Assembly: GCA_964234715.1 (NCBI GenBank)
Contig: OZ174279.1
Origin: Podarcis melisellensis
Taxonomy: Eukaryota
Direction: 5' to 3' (one strand)
Length of the DNA stretch: 64,000 nucleotides
In this document: piece after piece, positions 38,824 to 52,592 of the stretch
Layout: every line of letters starts with the position of its first letter
Numbering within the stretch: position 1 is the stretch's first letter
Translations under genes and position numbers: made by a program
The notes under the pieces: model-generated
Database searches by the model: none
What the model saw: the letters and a program-made list of their open reading frames with translations, nothing else
What the model was told of the DNA's origin: nothing

Positions 38824-39951
38824 ATCTAGATGTTGGACTCCATCAGTCCCAGCCAGCATAACCAGAGTTCAAGGATGATGGGAGTTTTAATCCAACATCT
38901 GGAGGGCAACAGGTTAGCTATACCCCTGCCTGAAACAGTATCCCACACCAGGTCTTATCCCATGTTATGCTAGCAACTGGCAATAAAGAATAATCAAGAC
39001 AGACCTCTATAAGTGATAAAAGAAAAGAAACTTGCCCATTTAATCTCCACAGTTCTGTTTTCCCTAGTCATGGATTCGGGGTAGACACTGTTTGTAGTGG
39101 TGTGATCTATATCCACACACACCACAGGACACTTATACAGATCTACACTTCTAATTCATTAACAAAAAATCATATGATACATTGCAATTGCAAAAGCTAC
39201 AAACATTATCTTAGTAATCAATAGACTTCTAAGCAAAGTGCTGCAAATTATGGCTGGCTTTGGGAGCTGACCAAGGCCTGTGTTCGCCACTCACGCTGCC
39301 TCCAGTATTCAAGGTGGGCAGATCACATCACACTGAGCTTTGGAGGCATTCCAACATGGCCAGGGCCCAGTACAACCACAAGGGAAAGTCTATCCCTACT
39401 TTACTCTTCAGCTGAAAGGGGAATGGGCTCACCCCCTACTGTACTGAGCCCCAGAGGTATTCAGAAAGCAGTGAAATGCCTTGCTGAGGCTCAGTGCAAC
39501 CTCAGGAAAACAGACCCCTCTGTGTCTGGAGGGAAGCCATGGTATATAGATTAGCAACTAATAGTTTGTCTCTCCATAACAAACCAGGAGATATGAACAA
39601 AGAATAAACTTTGGCTTCCTGCTCATGATATGTATGTCTGGAATGAGACAAAACACAAGATTGGGTTAGCGCATAAGTCTAAGACTAACCATAGCTTAGC
39701 CTTGGATAACATAGCTGCAGCAGGAGGGGGAAAGGGTGCAGTGGTCACAACCTTCATTTTGGGAGCCTACACATTTGCTATTTCTTGCTAAGGCATGATT
39801 TACCTTAGCATTGTGTGGGTCAACTGGGTCAACAGCTGCTTTTATCCAAGGCCACCTGGTACATTTGCATCCAAGTAAGGTTTTGACCAGGGACTTCCCA
39901 GCTCAGAGCTCATCTTCTTGTTAACCACAGTTACACTTATACCTGTTAGTA

Positions 39952-40310
39952 CAGGGGTCAGCAAACTTACTGCGCCTTGGGCTGGTGTCTCCAGTGCTGG
40001 TCCGGTGGACCGGAGGGCAGGGGAGCGCGTGCCCATACGCGTGCGCACACACTATTTCCGGTGTACTTCCGGGTCGGAGGAGCACCGGAAATAGCTTGTG
40101 TGCATGTGCATGGGCCTCTTCCGACCCAGATGTGCACCGGAAATAATGCTTGTGCATGTGCACAAGCTATTTCCGGTGCTCCTCTGACCCAGAAGTGGAC
40201 AGTCGCGCAGCGCAGCACCGGTAAGATCAGGCAGCGGCAGTCGCCGTGGGCCAGATAAACGAGTCCCTCGGGCCTTATCCGGCCCGCGGGCCTTAGTTTG
40301 GGGACCCCTG
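39952..40310. mobile_element. hAT non-autonomous element with internal hairpin repeats
   Basis: TIR caggggtcagcaaact / agtttggggacccctg; 8-bp TSD tgttagta; repeated ctatttccggtg / caccggaaata motifs. Confidence 0.9.
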
Positions 40311-41669
40311 TGTTAGTAGGTGCAAGAGAATGGCAGTCTAGTGATCTGTGGATCACTCTCAATAGAAAATGCCACCAGCTTTAGCTAAAGTGTTTTTGAG
40401 CCAAATTTGGAGACTCCTGCTTAGATGAAACCTTTTAGGAATTTAAAAGGTAAGCAAAAAAAGAAAACCAAGAAGACTAGTGAAATATTTGGCTTGTGGG
40501 GGTGGTGCCATACATCCCTAATTTTAAAGATGAGCAGCAAAGGAAAAATACATAGCACATTCTTAGCAATGGAAAGCAACGAAATAACTAGGTCACGGCA
40601 GGGGACTGAAATTTGCCAAGGATCTTAGCAAAGCTTATATGGTACTTCCCATATGCAGCAAGGCTAATCTTATGGTGATGCTTATGGAATTTCTATCAGG
40701 CTTGAATTCTGAATTTTACAAGTTTTTACAAGTTTCACTTTGTAGAGAAAACACAATGCAAATGCTAGCTGTCTATACATAATGGTGACCTTAAACCGCA
40801 CACCCAACTCACGCATAAATATTTGTTCTTATCGGCAAATGATCACTGAGAAGACAGCCCTACATTGCTGCAAGTGCCCTCATAAATGGTTTGTGCTTGC
40901 CCAAATAGGAATTTCAACTTCAAACGTATCTCAAAGGTTTGGTTTAAAATAAAATCCAAACAGTAAGTAAATATCCTGCTGAAAGACTGCTCTAAGCTTT
41001 TGGAACGCTGCACTTGATTTATGTAACAGCACAGAAAAACACAAACAAAGCAGGCTTACCACACCAAAAGATAAGTTATTAGAGACACTGCTTAACATAC
41101 CAGAGTGTCACACACCTAAAATATGTTAGCTAGAAGCAGTATCACCTTTCAGTTTGGAGATTGCAGAGATATAAACGAAGGTTAAGAAGAAGAAAATACT
41201 TCATTTGTGTTTTAAAAAAGTGAAAGATAGTGATTTTTTAAAATTCTGAACAAAGTACTTATGATGGTAAAAATGGTAAATGTCCCTCCTAATAGTGTAC
41301 GGATACATTTAAGTCCCTTGCATATGCCATCTGTTTCCTAGATCATCCTGTGACAGGGACTGGCACCCTTGTCTTCATCAAGGGCCATATTTTTTCAGGG
41401 GGTAATCTGTCAGTTGGTAGAGTGCTACATACAAGCACTGGGCAGGATCAGCCCTTTTCACACTCTGCCACTTCTCTCTTCATCTCTGCCACCTCTCTCA
41501 CCCACAGCCACCATTTTTCAGATTACGCTGAGGGAAGATGTGGCCATAGGGCTGCTGCTTGCTCACATGTGCACTATGGAAGCGCAGCAGCTCAGCCAAA
41601 TGTCTCAAGAGGTTTCTGCTGCCTGCTCCTTCAGATTCTCCACACACACACACACACGCCACCGCCACA

Positions 41670-42370
41670 ATACAATACAATGCTGACATACAGCTCTGCT
41701 TCTCCATAACATCTGGGTCAGGAGAGACTGTCCATGATGTGGACCATAGTCTGCAAACAGTGGTGAACTGGATGAGGGCTGGAAAACTGAGATTGAACCC
41801 TGGGGAAATGGAGGCACTGTGGATTGGTGGATCCTGTGTCTGGGAGACTGGACAGTTCATATTCTAGATGGGCAGTTTAGGCATCCCCCTTGAGCCATCT
41901 TTGTCGCTGGAGGCTCAGGTAGACTTGGTGACTAGAAGTGCTGTTTTGGCATGCCAATTATGGCCACTCTTGAACAGGGATAGCCTGGCCATGGTGATTC
42001 CTGCATTGGTAGCCTCAAGGCTTTTTGCAATGTGCTGGGGGGGGGGAGCTGATGCAAAACGTTGGGGCTAGATATGAAGAGTCTATTGCAGGCATAGGCA
42101 AACTCCGGCCCTCCAGATGTTTTGGGACTACAATTTCTACCATCCCTAGCTAACAGGACTAGTGGTCAGGGATGATGGGAGTTGTAGTCCCAAACATCTG
42201 GAGGGCCGGAGTTTGCCTATGCCTGGTCTACTGCCAGCACACAACACTGGTGCCCAAAAGCTTGCACAGGCTGCCCCTATGCTACCAGGCCAGGCTCATG
42301 GTTCTTGCATTTATTTAGAAGGCCCTTAACAACTTGGATCCAGGGTATCTCACGGACCACCTTACTTATA
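41670..42370 (+). mobile_element. Decayed L2 reverse transcriptase fragment interrupted by a hAT MITE and a SINE
   Basis: QYNADIQLCFS...VVNWMRAGKLRLNPGEME resembles L2 YADDTQLY...WM..NKL.LNP.KTE; followed by LSLEAQV..V.RSA and a later LH.LP...ALNNL.PGYL.D.L block. Confidence 0.8.
42089..42225. mobile_element. Palindromic hAT MITE (same family as 18827-18962)
   Basis: TIR caggcataggcaaactccggcc / ggccggagtttgcctatgcctg; TSD gtctattg / gtctactg. Confidence 0.9.
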
Positions 42371-42737
42371 AAGGTAAAGGTAAAGGTACCCCTGCCCATA
42401 TGGGCCAGTCGTGTCCGACTCTGGGGTTGCGTGCTCATCTCGCTTAAGAGGCCGGGAGCCAGCGCTGTCCAAAGACACTTCCGGGTCACGTGGCTAGCGT
42501 GACGAAGCTGCTCTGGCGAGCCAGCACCAGCACAGCGCACGGAAACGCCGTTACCTTCCTGCTATAAAGCGGTACCTATTTATCTACTTGCACTTGGGGG
42601 TGCTTTCGAACTGCTAGGTGGGCAGGAGCTGGGACCGAACGACGGGAGCTCACCCCGCCACGGGGATTTGAACCGCCGACCATGCGATCGGCAAGTCCTA
42701 GGCACTGAGGTTTTACCCACAGCGCCACCCGCGTCCC
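42371..42737 (-). mobile_element. Sauria SINE (Squam1), full length, distinct subfamily
   Basis: Head GGGACGCGGGTGGCGCTGTGG, (ACCTTT)n tail, 14-bp TSD ccaccttacttata at 42357-42370 and 42738-42751. Confidence 0.95.
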
Positions 42738-43575
42738 CCACCTTACTTATATCCCTGCTCAATCAATCAGTCTGCAATTGTTTTGTTTAAAAAGCTGACC
42801 TGAAAATGCACCAGCCTTTTAGGCTATATTTCTCCCTCTATACACACTTCCCCATAATCTATTGAACTCTGTATGTGCAATACATGAATTTTTATGTGCA
42901 CTTTCCCCTAATACATGATTTCTAGCAAACACTTTTTGATTGGAGAACTGCACTGCAAAATTTGGAAAAGCGCAAATTTTGAAAGATCTCAGGTTGTATA
43001 TTGTTTTGTGAACTGCTAATTCCTCTCTGCATCCCTAGCCACTTTGGCTACATAAGAATCCTCACTTGAACAATGAACTTGCTAGTTGTATATAGGATTT
43101 CAAATAAGTGGTATTGTCAGAATGCCAGAGAACTGGAGGGACCCTGGTTAGAAAAACTAGTAAACCAGGCACCAGAAGCTCAAAAGCGTGGATAGTCTGC
43201 ATGATTTTTGCGGCAGCTTCAAAGGACCCAAGAACTAGAAATGAACTCTCCTGGTGATGCTAGATTTTTGCAAGAGCTGCCACCCAGGTACGCAGATCAG
43301 CCCAGACATGCACACTCACTCATCTAGTTACCAATTCCAGACACAGCTCCAGTCTGAATGAATTTCAGTCTTACAAATTTGCTCCTTCAGATCAGCATTT
43401 TTCCTCCCTTTCCTCCCAAACCTTTTCAGCTCCTTCCAGTCTCTGTGGTTCATGGACTACCTGACTAAAGCAGAAAGAACCTTGTATTTTCAGTCAAGAC
43501 TTTGGGGATCAGTTGGGTGGTGGGTGCTTTTTTTGGTTTTGTTTTAAGAGTGTGAGAAAGGGAGGGACATATTTC

Positions 43576-43578
<3 letters not shown>

Positions 43579-43634
<56 letters not shown>
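43579..43634. repeat. (CT)n(GT)n microsatellite
   Basis: Direct observation. Confidence 0.95.
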
Positions 43635-44829
43635 CAGATTAAGTCCTCTGCAAATTTGGCACACATTCTTGCATAAGGAAGTAAGAGACAAAGCAACAGA
43701 CAGGTAATTACATGGCATGAGCTTCAGGGAAATCCAGTTGGCTCTGGAAGAAGCCTTCAATTGGCCAGCTGGTTCCCAAATGCTTCTCAAAGAAGGGCTA
43801 GTCCTATAAAGCCTGGTGCTCTGTTCTAGTACACAAATGACCAGCTATAAGAGGCTGAATAATATTTTTCCTCACTTCCCATCTTCTTCACTGTGAACCA
43901 AGCAGGAAAGACCTGCTTCTATGCAACTTGACACCCAAAGTGTGTTGGGGTGGTAATAATATTTATTCCTTATGGTACTTAATATATATATATCCTACCA
44001 AAAGTACACAATTACAAATTACTTCCCTTATTACCAGAAGTGTTGCTCTTTCCTTCCCAACATTGCAAACGGTTAAAAGGAATGCTTCTTAATGCTTGGA
44101 AAGGATTATGGACAGGATTTTCAGAAGGACCCTTGTGGAAAACCAAGTGTCAAATCCAGGATTCCCCTCTGGTACCCTTGAGAACATCCCTCACAAAAAA
44201 CACCTGCCCAGTATAATCAGGCATAAAATACACATCTTGCCTACAAAATGGGAACGCCACACACTTGAAGACAGAAGCACATCTGCAGCTAAGAGCCTGC
44301 AAAGGCTTCAGAGGGGCAAAGTGGAGAAGGACGGCAATGATAAATGGGTGGGTTGGCTACGGAAATTAAGTGCACCAAAGTTAAATAGCCAACAAAAATA
44401 ATTATTAGCTCACTTTACATGCATTCACAATTCATGTCAGCGGCTAGTAGAGGAAACAGTCTGTGACTGTTGAGAGTGTGCATTGTATGTAAGAGAATGC
44501 TAAGGATGTGTTTGGGATATGTTACTCTGGGGCAGGAGTAGGTTGTAGTTTCTGCTCAGTTATTTTGTCTAGTTGCCAATTATACTTTATATCTGAATTT
44601 CTTTTTCGTATTTTTGTGTTTAACTTATACTTGTAAAGTTGTTCTTTCGTTTCAGATAATATTTGCTTTGCTGCTAATTATTCTGCTTGTCTTTTTGTAA
44701 CTGCATTTTGTTTGTTATGTTTTATTTTGCTGGTTGCTTTTTGCATTTTAACTTCTATAAATTGTGGTTCTATAAATTGTGGTTACATCTATGAAGATGT
44801 AAGTATCAGCAGAAGATCCCACTACTAAG

Positions 44830-45320
44830 CAGATTGCTCATAATTCAAAATTTGATTTGCTGACCTTGCAAGGTATTAAAGGGAAAATAAGTTGCCCTGT
44901 CACATGTCTAAAGAAAAACACGACTTTTTCTTTACAAATCCTGAAGCAAATATTTTTAAAGGAATTTGCCACCAATGAGAAAATGGCTTGTATAAAAAGA
45001 GAAATTCGGAATAAATTTAAAGATATTTAGTGGGCCTTCCTTGACTTTCAAATATATGTGAAGGGGCATATAGTTTTATGAGAAAAAGTTTGATGAGTTT
45101 ATTCTGGACCAAATATTTTGGAAGGCAGTATTATTTTGTTATATGATTCTGTTTCTAATCAATAAAAATGAACTGTATATTTGGATGTTATATGTTTTGA
45201 AGTGAGTTGGTATAAGACTATTCACTATAATATTGTATTCGTTTTGTTGTTGTATGGCTGCTGATGTGTTGTGAGTCACTTTGGGAAGATTTGCGTGGAA
45301 AAGTAGCATGCAAACTGAAG
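44830..45320 (+). mobile_element. Decayed L1-clade LINE 3' fragment
   Basis: 44968-45042 translates to ATNEKMACIKREIRNKFKDI*WAFL, like the EK.....KF..IW.PF ORF2 C-terminus; T-rich tail with aataaa at about 45161. Confidence 0.4.
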
Positions 45321-46245
45321 TAATAACTACCACTACTCACCACTCTGCTTAAGATATTGGGAACAGGCTTTGGTAAGATGCAGCCCGTTCCACTAAGTGC
45401 CTCTCTTCCACTTAAGATTTACATCAGCATCTCAGCTAACCATGAAAAATGTTCACCAGGGTCCCCCTTAGATAGGATTGGAAGCTAGTTAAGGACATCT
45501 AGTTAGAACCACCAGAGAAAATATTTTGCTGGAGAGGAGAAGAGGAGAGCAGGAACCACATGATTCTGAATGATCTCCCAGCATTATGTCTATCCTAGCC
45601 CTTGAAAGGAATGCTGTCCATGCAAGGAATACAAACTGGAATGTGTGTACAAAATGTATCAAGAGCACTGCCTCCTAATACATAAAAAACATTAAATATT
45701 GTAAAGGGAGGGGCAGCAATTAATGTAAGCTCAGAAGTGACGTATGAATAAAAATTTCTGCACAGACAAACTAATCTAGACCTCATCCATTGCTCTTCCC
45801 TGCCCCATGAGAAAACTTAACAGGAAGAAACTTAACAGGCAGAACACCTAAACGGGCAAATAATTACCTTTTAACTCTCTGAAGAGGTCACCATCAATTA
45901 GCTTACAGGAGCTCTTAACAAACAGGGAGAAAAGGTGGAAGGGAGCTGGAATCCACAATGCACAAGGTTTTTCCTAATAGAAACATAAGGGGAAAAACAA
46001 AGTAGTTAGTTATCCCTTTTCAGGTCTTTTGATGGAGCATATGATAACCACTAAAAATGGAAACAATGATAACACAACATAGGCTGGGACTCAATACTGC
46101 AAAGATCCTATCTTATTACTATATCGATAACACACATTTGAACGCATTTTAGATTGAACTATTTAAAGTTGTATGTATCTTCAAGACCTAATTTCAGTTA
46201 GCTAATTGTTGTAGAAGTACCTTAACAAATGTCTTACCTCTGTGT

Positions 46246-46298
<53 letters not shown>

Positions 46299-46362
46299 CC
46301 TCAACACGTGCATTTAACTTGTGAACATTTAACTTTACGCAATAGATAGATAGATAGATAGA
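46246..46362. repeat. (CA)n(GA)n and (TAGA)n microsatellites
   Basis: Direct observation. Confidence 0.9.
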
Positions 46363-48048
46363 GCGTGTGGAAAGGGGGTAGGGGTCCAGGAGGAAAAAGA
46401 CTTTGGCAATCAAACCTGCCATTGCACCCATTGTGTTTTGACTATATGCAATTCTGGCTTTAGGCACAACCCCCAGAATGTAATCCCTATGTGAGCTGAG
46501 GACTTGCTTCGTGAGTTGAGGGATTGCACATATATGCAAAGTGCTTTATGACCATTCTCTTAGTCATCCCTGCCAAAACCTTAAGAGGTAAGTGATTAAT
46601 ATTCTGATTTTACAGATGGGGAACTGACGCTGAGTAATGGTGGCTTCTTCCCTAAGGCCACCCAGGGAGAGTCTCACCAATATCTGACCAGTCCAAACGC
46701 AGCACCCCAACCAATGAACAAAATGGCAACTCAACTTTCCTAACTTGACCAGTGTTGACATAATAAAAACGCAAGTAAAAGAGCCGAGACAGACAGTGTA
46801 ATCAGTGATACATCCCTCTCAATTAAACTGTTATAACACTAAGATGCTTTAGGCGATATTATGATGAAGTCTCCCATGACCTTAAACAGAAAAATTACAG
46901 AGATACCTAGGTGGCAGAGCCAGTTTATAATTGCTGTGCTAGTTAAATCTAAAGTGCCTCAACATTTGTAGGTTTTACAGCACAATCCTAACCTTGTCTA
47001 CTTAGAAATGTGTCCCATGGAATTTGGTGGGGCTTACTCCCAGGTAAATAGGGCTAGGATTGCAGTGTTGGTCTCCCATCTATCAGAGAACAAAAAGAGA
47101 GGAAAGATACAACCTACTAAGCATCCTTACAACACATCACAAATATTCTCATCACTTCACAAATATGGTTCCAGTAATCCATAGAACCAGTGTCCACTAC
47201 AGGCATTTGGGAATCCCTCAGTGGGCTTCCCTCAGAATGGGGCCTCCTTCTGCCACAGTCACTGCTGCCCATACATTTGGTCTTTGTCCCTGGAACTAAT
47301 CTGCACAACCATTCAGGGCAATGACCCCTCCCATATACAGGCAATCATCATCTCCTTGGTTTAAACAGCTGCCTCCATCCCCTACTCAATTTTATCAGTT
47401 ATGAGGATCAAGAATACAAGTAGTCACCCATATTCATCCAAGCCCCTCGTCCACAACCTCGAGCTGCACCGAATGTAACTCATCCAACAAAACTGGATCA
47501 AACGGTGTTCTGGATACCTTTCAAGGTACATCAACAGAATCACCGTTGGGGCATATTTAAGCAACCTGAAATGCTTCACACACAAAAAACACAGTGGGTC
47601 GCTGTCAGTTCCACAGGTGCCTTTGGGCCAGCATGTAAAAGGCTCGGCACCACCAGAGATAACTCTGCTGCATGGCACAAGGAGGATGCAATGGAGTCAG
47701 CACAAAGTAATTGTTCTTCCAGAGTTAAAACCATGCTAGAGGTGGCTTATGACACGAAAAAAACTGCATAATTCAAACCTAACAAAAGTAGTCATAAACA
47801 AGAAATAAAATGCCTCAAAGTACCCAACCAAATAAAACAATTTCCACATCAATCATAATAAGATCTAAAACAAAGAAACACAAACTTAATATCAATAACA
47901 GCAACAACCCTCACCCACGGCAACACCCCAACCACCCGCCCAAGATTCTCTTCAGTGGCCTCAGCTTTTGCACTTGGAGTCAGACAGACAGACCCCTGGT
48001 ACATTGGGGAAAATAGCTGGTAGTCCATCACAACAGATAACATAGAAG

Positions 48049-48360
48049 AAGGTTAGATTATTGCAATGTGTTATATGTAGGGCTGTCTTTGAAGACGGTT
48101 CTTCTCTGCAGTGGCTCCCAGTCTGTGGAATGCTCTCCCTAGGGAAGTTCGCCTGGTGCCTTCATTATACACCTCTAGGCACCAGGCAAAAACATTCCTT
48201 TTTAACCAGGCCTTTGGTTGATCTGACTGACGTTCTATGCCATTTTAAAATGTGGCTCTTTGGGGAGGGGGTTGTTGTTTTTATTTTGATTCTATATATT
48301 GGGGATTTTATGTCGATCTTTTCTGTGAACCGCCCTGAGACCTCAGGGTATAGGGTGGTA
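48049..48360 (+). mobile_element. Internally deleted L2 element
   Basis: RLDYCNVLYVGLSLKTV joined directly to FSAVAPSLWNALPREVR and a 3' tail (tgtgaaccgccctgagacc). Confidence 0.75.
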
Positions 48361-48676
48361 AAGTTAAAGGTAAAGGGACCCCTGACCATTAGGTCCAGTC
48401 GTGGCTGACCCTGGCGTTGCGGCGCTCATCTCGCTTTATTGGCCGAGGGAGCCGGCTTACAGCTTCCAGATGTGGCCAGCATGACTAAGCCCTTCTGGCG
48501 AACCAGAGCAGCGCATGGAAACACCGTTTACCTTCCCACTGGAGCGGTAACTATTTATCTACTTGCACTTTGACGTGCTTTCAAACTGCTAACAGGAGCA
48601 GGGACCAAGCAACAGGAGCTCACCCCATTGTGGGGATTTGAACCGCCGACCTTCTGATCGGCAAGTCCTAGGCTCT
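48357..48676 (-). mobile_element. Sauria SINE (Squam1), 5'-truncated
   Basis: Homologous to 27230-27583, lacking about 30 nt of the head. Confidence 0.9.
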
Positions 48677-48712
48677 TTGAGAAGCACTGGGCTAGAAAAT
48701 CCCAGAGAGATA

Positions 48713-48953
48713 CAGTGGTACCTCAGTTTACAAACAGCCCTGTTTATGAACTATTCAGTTTACGAACTCCACAAAACTGGAAATAGTGTTCTGGTTTGCA
48801 AACTTTACCTCGGTCTACAAACGGAAACTGAATGGTGGAAGGGAACTGGCGGCGTGAGGCCTCATTAGGGAAAGCGCGGCTCGGTTTAAGAATGGATCTG
48901 GTTTAAGAATGGACTTCAGGAACGGATTAAGTTCATAAACTGAGGTACCACTA
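48713..48953. mobile_element. Tc1/mariner-superfamily MITE (related TIR, different body)
   Basis: cagtggtacctcagttta / taaactgaggtaccacta, TA flanks. Confidence 0.85.
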
Positions 48954-49329
48954 TATCTGCAAACCAATCAGAACTATCAGGCTCTGGGTCCCCCATCTCT
49001 ATGGAGAAAAAAAAGCCTCTGAAAGCCTAAATCTCAATAGGAAGTGATCCAGCCATGATAAGGGATTATTAAACTAGGTTAAGTTTGTCATGCAGATATG
49101 CCTTGACAACCTGGGTTGAAAACCTGGGTCAGAATAAAGATGATTCTGTTAAACAACACCCACAATTTAGATCCAAGCAACATAAACTATAAATGGTAAA
49201 ATCAAATGTGATGTGAATTAAAGGGCTGGCCACACACCATCATATATACATAAAGTGACCTCAATTCTCCAAGTGTCAGTTACTTTGCAGCCAAAATGCC
49301 ATCACCCACCTATACATGAGACTGTGGTG

Positions 49330-49419
49330 CATAGCTGTCAACTTTTCCCTTTTCTTGCAAGGAATCCTATTCGGAATATGGGAATTTCCCTTTAAAAAAG
49401 GGAAACGTTGAGAGCTATG
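49330..49419. mobile_element. 90-bp MITE with 8-bp TSD (hAT-like)
   Basis: TIR catagctgtcaac / gttgagagctatg; TSD ctgtggtg at 49322-49329 and 49420-49427. Confidence 0.85.
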
Positions 49420-52400
49420 CTGTGGTGTCTCTTGTGAAGTGAAGTCCAGGCATGTGCAATAGCAATATAATGCTTATTGGCTTGGTTGGGTGGGAATGAC
49501 AAACTGGGAGAGGGTGATGGAATTCAGTGTTTGGGGCCGTGCACACTGAATTACACTATGCTGAGACATTTTACATTGTGCCATAGTGCAAACTCTGTTC
49601 TCTGATGCAGTCTTTATGAAGCCAAAACAGCACCACCCACACCCAAAACCTTTAGGGGAGAAACCCCTCCCTCAATTGGAAACAGTCCAATGAGAACTGA
49701 GCATGCTTAGTGAGCATGAAATGCTGACTGACTGTTGGAGAAGATGGAAAATAGAGGGCCGGGGAGAAGCAGAGAATAATGGAACGGACTGGCAGGAGTC
49801 CTGAACAGCACTGCATAATTTTGTTGAAGGTTCTGCTTGATGTACCCTACAAACCAACCCATTTTCCACCAACTTGCAAGACTATGGAAGTTCAGTTTGT
49901 TAAGCTACACACCTATATGCACGGACACCCAGCGTACCACAAGCAAGCAAACAAAAATTAGAGAACAGCGTGTTAAGCATGACAAGAGAACCCAAAGGTT
50001 CAATCTAATCAAATTTAAGCGATAATTGAAGAGAAGACAGCTGTGTTCACAATCCTCCTACAAAGATCCGCAACTGTAAATTTTTCTAATGGGTTTAGTC
50101 CAATCATTTTCCTAAGCCATACCATTAGCAAAAATGAGCTTGCAGCCAAACCAGCATGAGCCAGGATTTCATTAGAGCTCATGCTGAGCAGGGTAATTTC
50201 TGGTCAGAGCTTGGACCCAGAGAACCAAAATTAAATCAGGTGCTTTTTGAATGTGGGTTTGGCAGCACTTAAGATTCCCTTATTCAGATTTATAGCCCAC
50301 CATCACCCCTGTAGGCTCACAACAGCTCACAAAACATTTCAGCTTTTATGTGTCACTAAAAATATACCAAATATGTGTATTCCACTAAAATCAACCCTTA
50401 CACCTACACTGTAGCACTAAAAACCCTCCCCAAATAAACACACAGCTCAGAAGAAAAGCTGAAGCATAACCTCTTGCAATAATGAACTCCACAATCACTG
50501 AGGACACCATTCAAAGTATCCTCAGCTTCACACCAGATGCACTGACAGGCTTGGTGCTGTTACGAATTACGCCAAGGCAGGCAACCAATGTTACACGTCC
50601 CTGCCACCCCTCGCTCACTGCAAGAGACAAACACTATGATGAATTCAGGTCACTCATGGCCCTTCGAGGGGACTGCTGCTAAATCCAATTGCACTGAAGA
50701 GTCGTCACTTTTATAATAAAAAAAATTCTTCCTCACCAGCAATATCCAATGCAACATCCTATACAGTATATTAGGCTATGGGTTCTGGGTCAGTTAAAAA
50801 CAGCAACAGTGTCACTCTGCCTGGCCAGCTGCCCTCACTAAGCCTCTGAGAATCTGATTTCTACCTTTTATCTACATTTTTGTTAATATTATTTTAGTAT
50901 GTTCAATTGAGTAAAACAGGTGCCCTCCGAATGGACAGACTTCCCATGGGGAGGGGGAAGAGAGAGAAATGGTGTGTGTATCTGATAAATGGAGTAAAGA
51001 GACTGTGGATTCTTAAGAGTACAAAATGGTGTTCACATACACATACTGCAGAAACATGGCTAGAAGAAATGTTTTAGATTTCGGTTTAGTTACCCGGAAC
51101 TAATAATAATCCAAGAAAGACTGACAGAAGATGGGGGGGGGGCTTTAAAAAAAAGATAGACTGTGTTTTGGAAATATATCAAAAGAGTGAGGGGGGAGGT
51201 GGGAAAAACAATGTAGGAGATTCATACAATAGAGTGAAGGGAAGCAGAAGAGAGCATTGTATAAATATACTATTAAGGAGATGTGGGAGAAATTTATATA
51301 GTACAACGAAGCATATGCAAATTTGTTCTCAAATCAAAAACAAGCTGGGAATGTAGAGACAGCAATAAGGAAAAATAAATAAAAAAATGGCCCATTCAAT
51401 TCTGCTTTAAGACATCAGACATTAATAACAGTCCACAGCAGTGACATAAAAGGTGTATATAAAAAATAAAATTAATCTAGGGATGCCAGGCTGCATATAA
51501 AACAGAAGACAAAATTGATCCTATGTTGCCATACAGGCAATAATGATAAATAAGCTTACAGTAACATTGTACAATAGTATAAACATTGAAGATAACTGCA
51601 GGAATTAAAGCGGCTTGTATCCAGAAAACAGAATTACAAAAAGGCGGGAAAATGCCAGAAGCAGAAAGAGGAGAGGCCGTCCAAGGCGTGTATGTGAGTG
51701 TACAGATTAGCAAACAGTAGATCTGAGGAAGAATTCTAAAAGAAATCAGTTATTAAGGAGAAGAAAAGAAAAAAGCTGAACAAAATGAACGTTCAGCAAG
51801 AGCAGGGAGATGTAGAAAACAGCTGTGTGACAAAATTTATTGAGAATAGCAGGACACACTGAGTGCTGTTGTGTGTCAAAAACAAAAACACGACCCTTCA
51901 GAGTGGCACACATATCAATTCTGCTATAGGCAGTATGATACATATGTCAATCTTACTCAGCCAAAACATTTCAATTCTGAGGAAAAGTGATGACAATTAC
52001 ATCAGCCCGAGTGCTGTTTGAACTGAAAGGTCGCAGTACCTTTAGTACAGTACTCAAGTTGGGGGGGGGGTCACAAAAGGAGCTTCCGAAAATGGCCATT
52101 TTCACTCACATCCTGACAAATTCACAACTGCACCATTATAGCTGATTAGGAGGTCTTGTGCAAAAAAAACCCACTCCCCCCAAACATCAGACCTTTTGCA
52201 ATAAAGTGGCAGGAAAATGCACTGCGAATTGTGGGATAACCCTGACTTGACACAAGATCCTCTAACCCGGGAAACAAACCAAAATGAATGCACAATCAAC
52301 GAAACTGGTAAAATACTTCTTTCATAGCATGTACTATATAATATTTACCAGCAGAAAGAACTCATTTATTCTGTATTCAGGAGCCAATTTTAATATTCCA

Positions 52401-52592
52401 CCTAGAAATGGTCTTTTGGGGCAGGGTGGGGTGGGGGGGTTGACACACAGGTAACAGTGTCTTAGTTTGTAACAAACGTGTATCCTAAAGATGTGTCTTT
52501 GTCAGCCAGAATGCAGTTATAAATGCTACATACATCAGAAGCAAGCACAAATAAAGTCAAAAGAAAATATTTGCTATACAGCGTAGCCTTAC

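Noticed and set aside
40813-40845. 33-nt AG/GT-bounded minus-strand segment
   Set aside because: Poor pyrimidine tract; such matches are common by chance.
46232-46296. (TC)n(TG)n-acagag|gtaaga recursive-splice-like site on the minus strand
   Set aside because: The pyrimidine tract is a microsatellite; no independent support.
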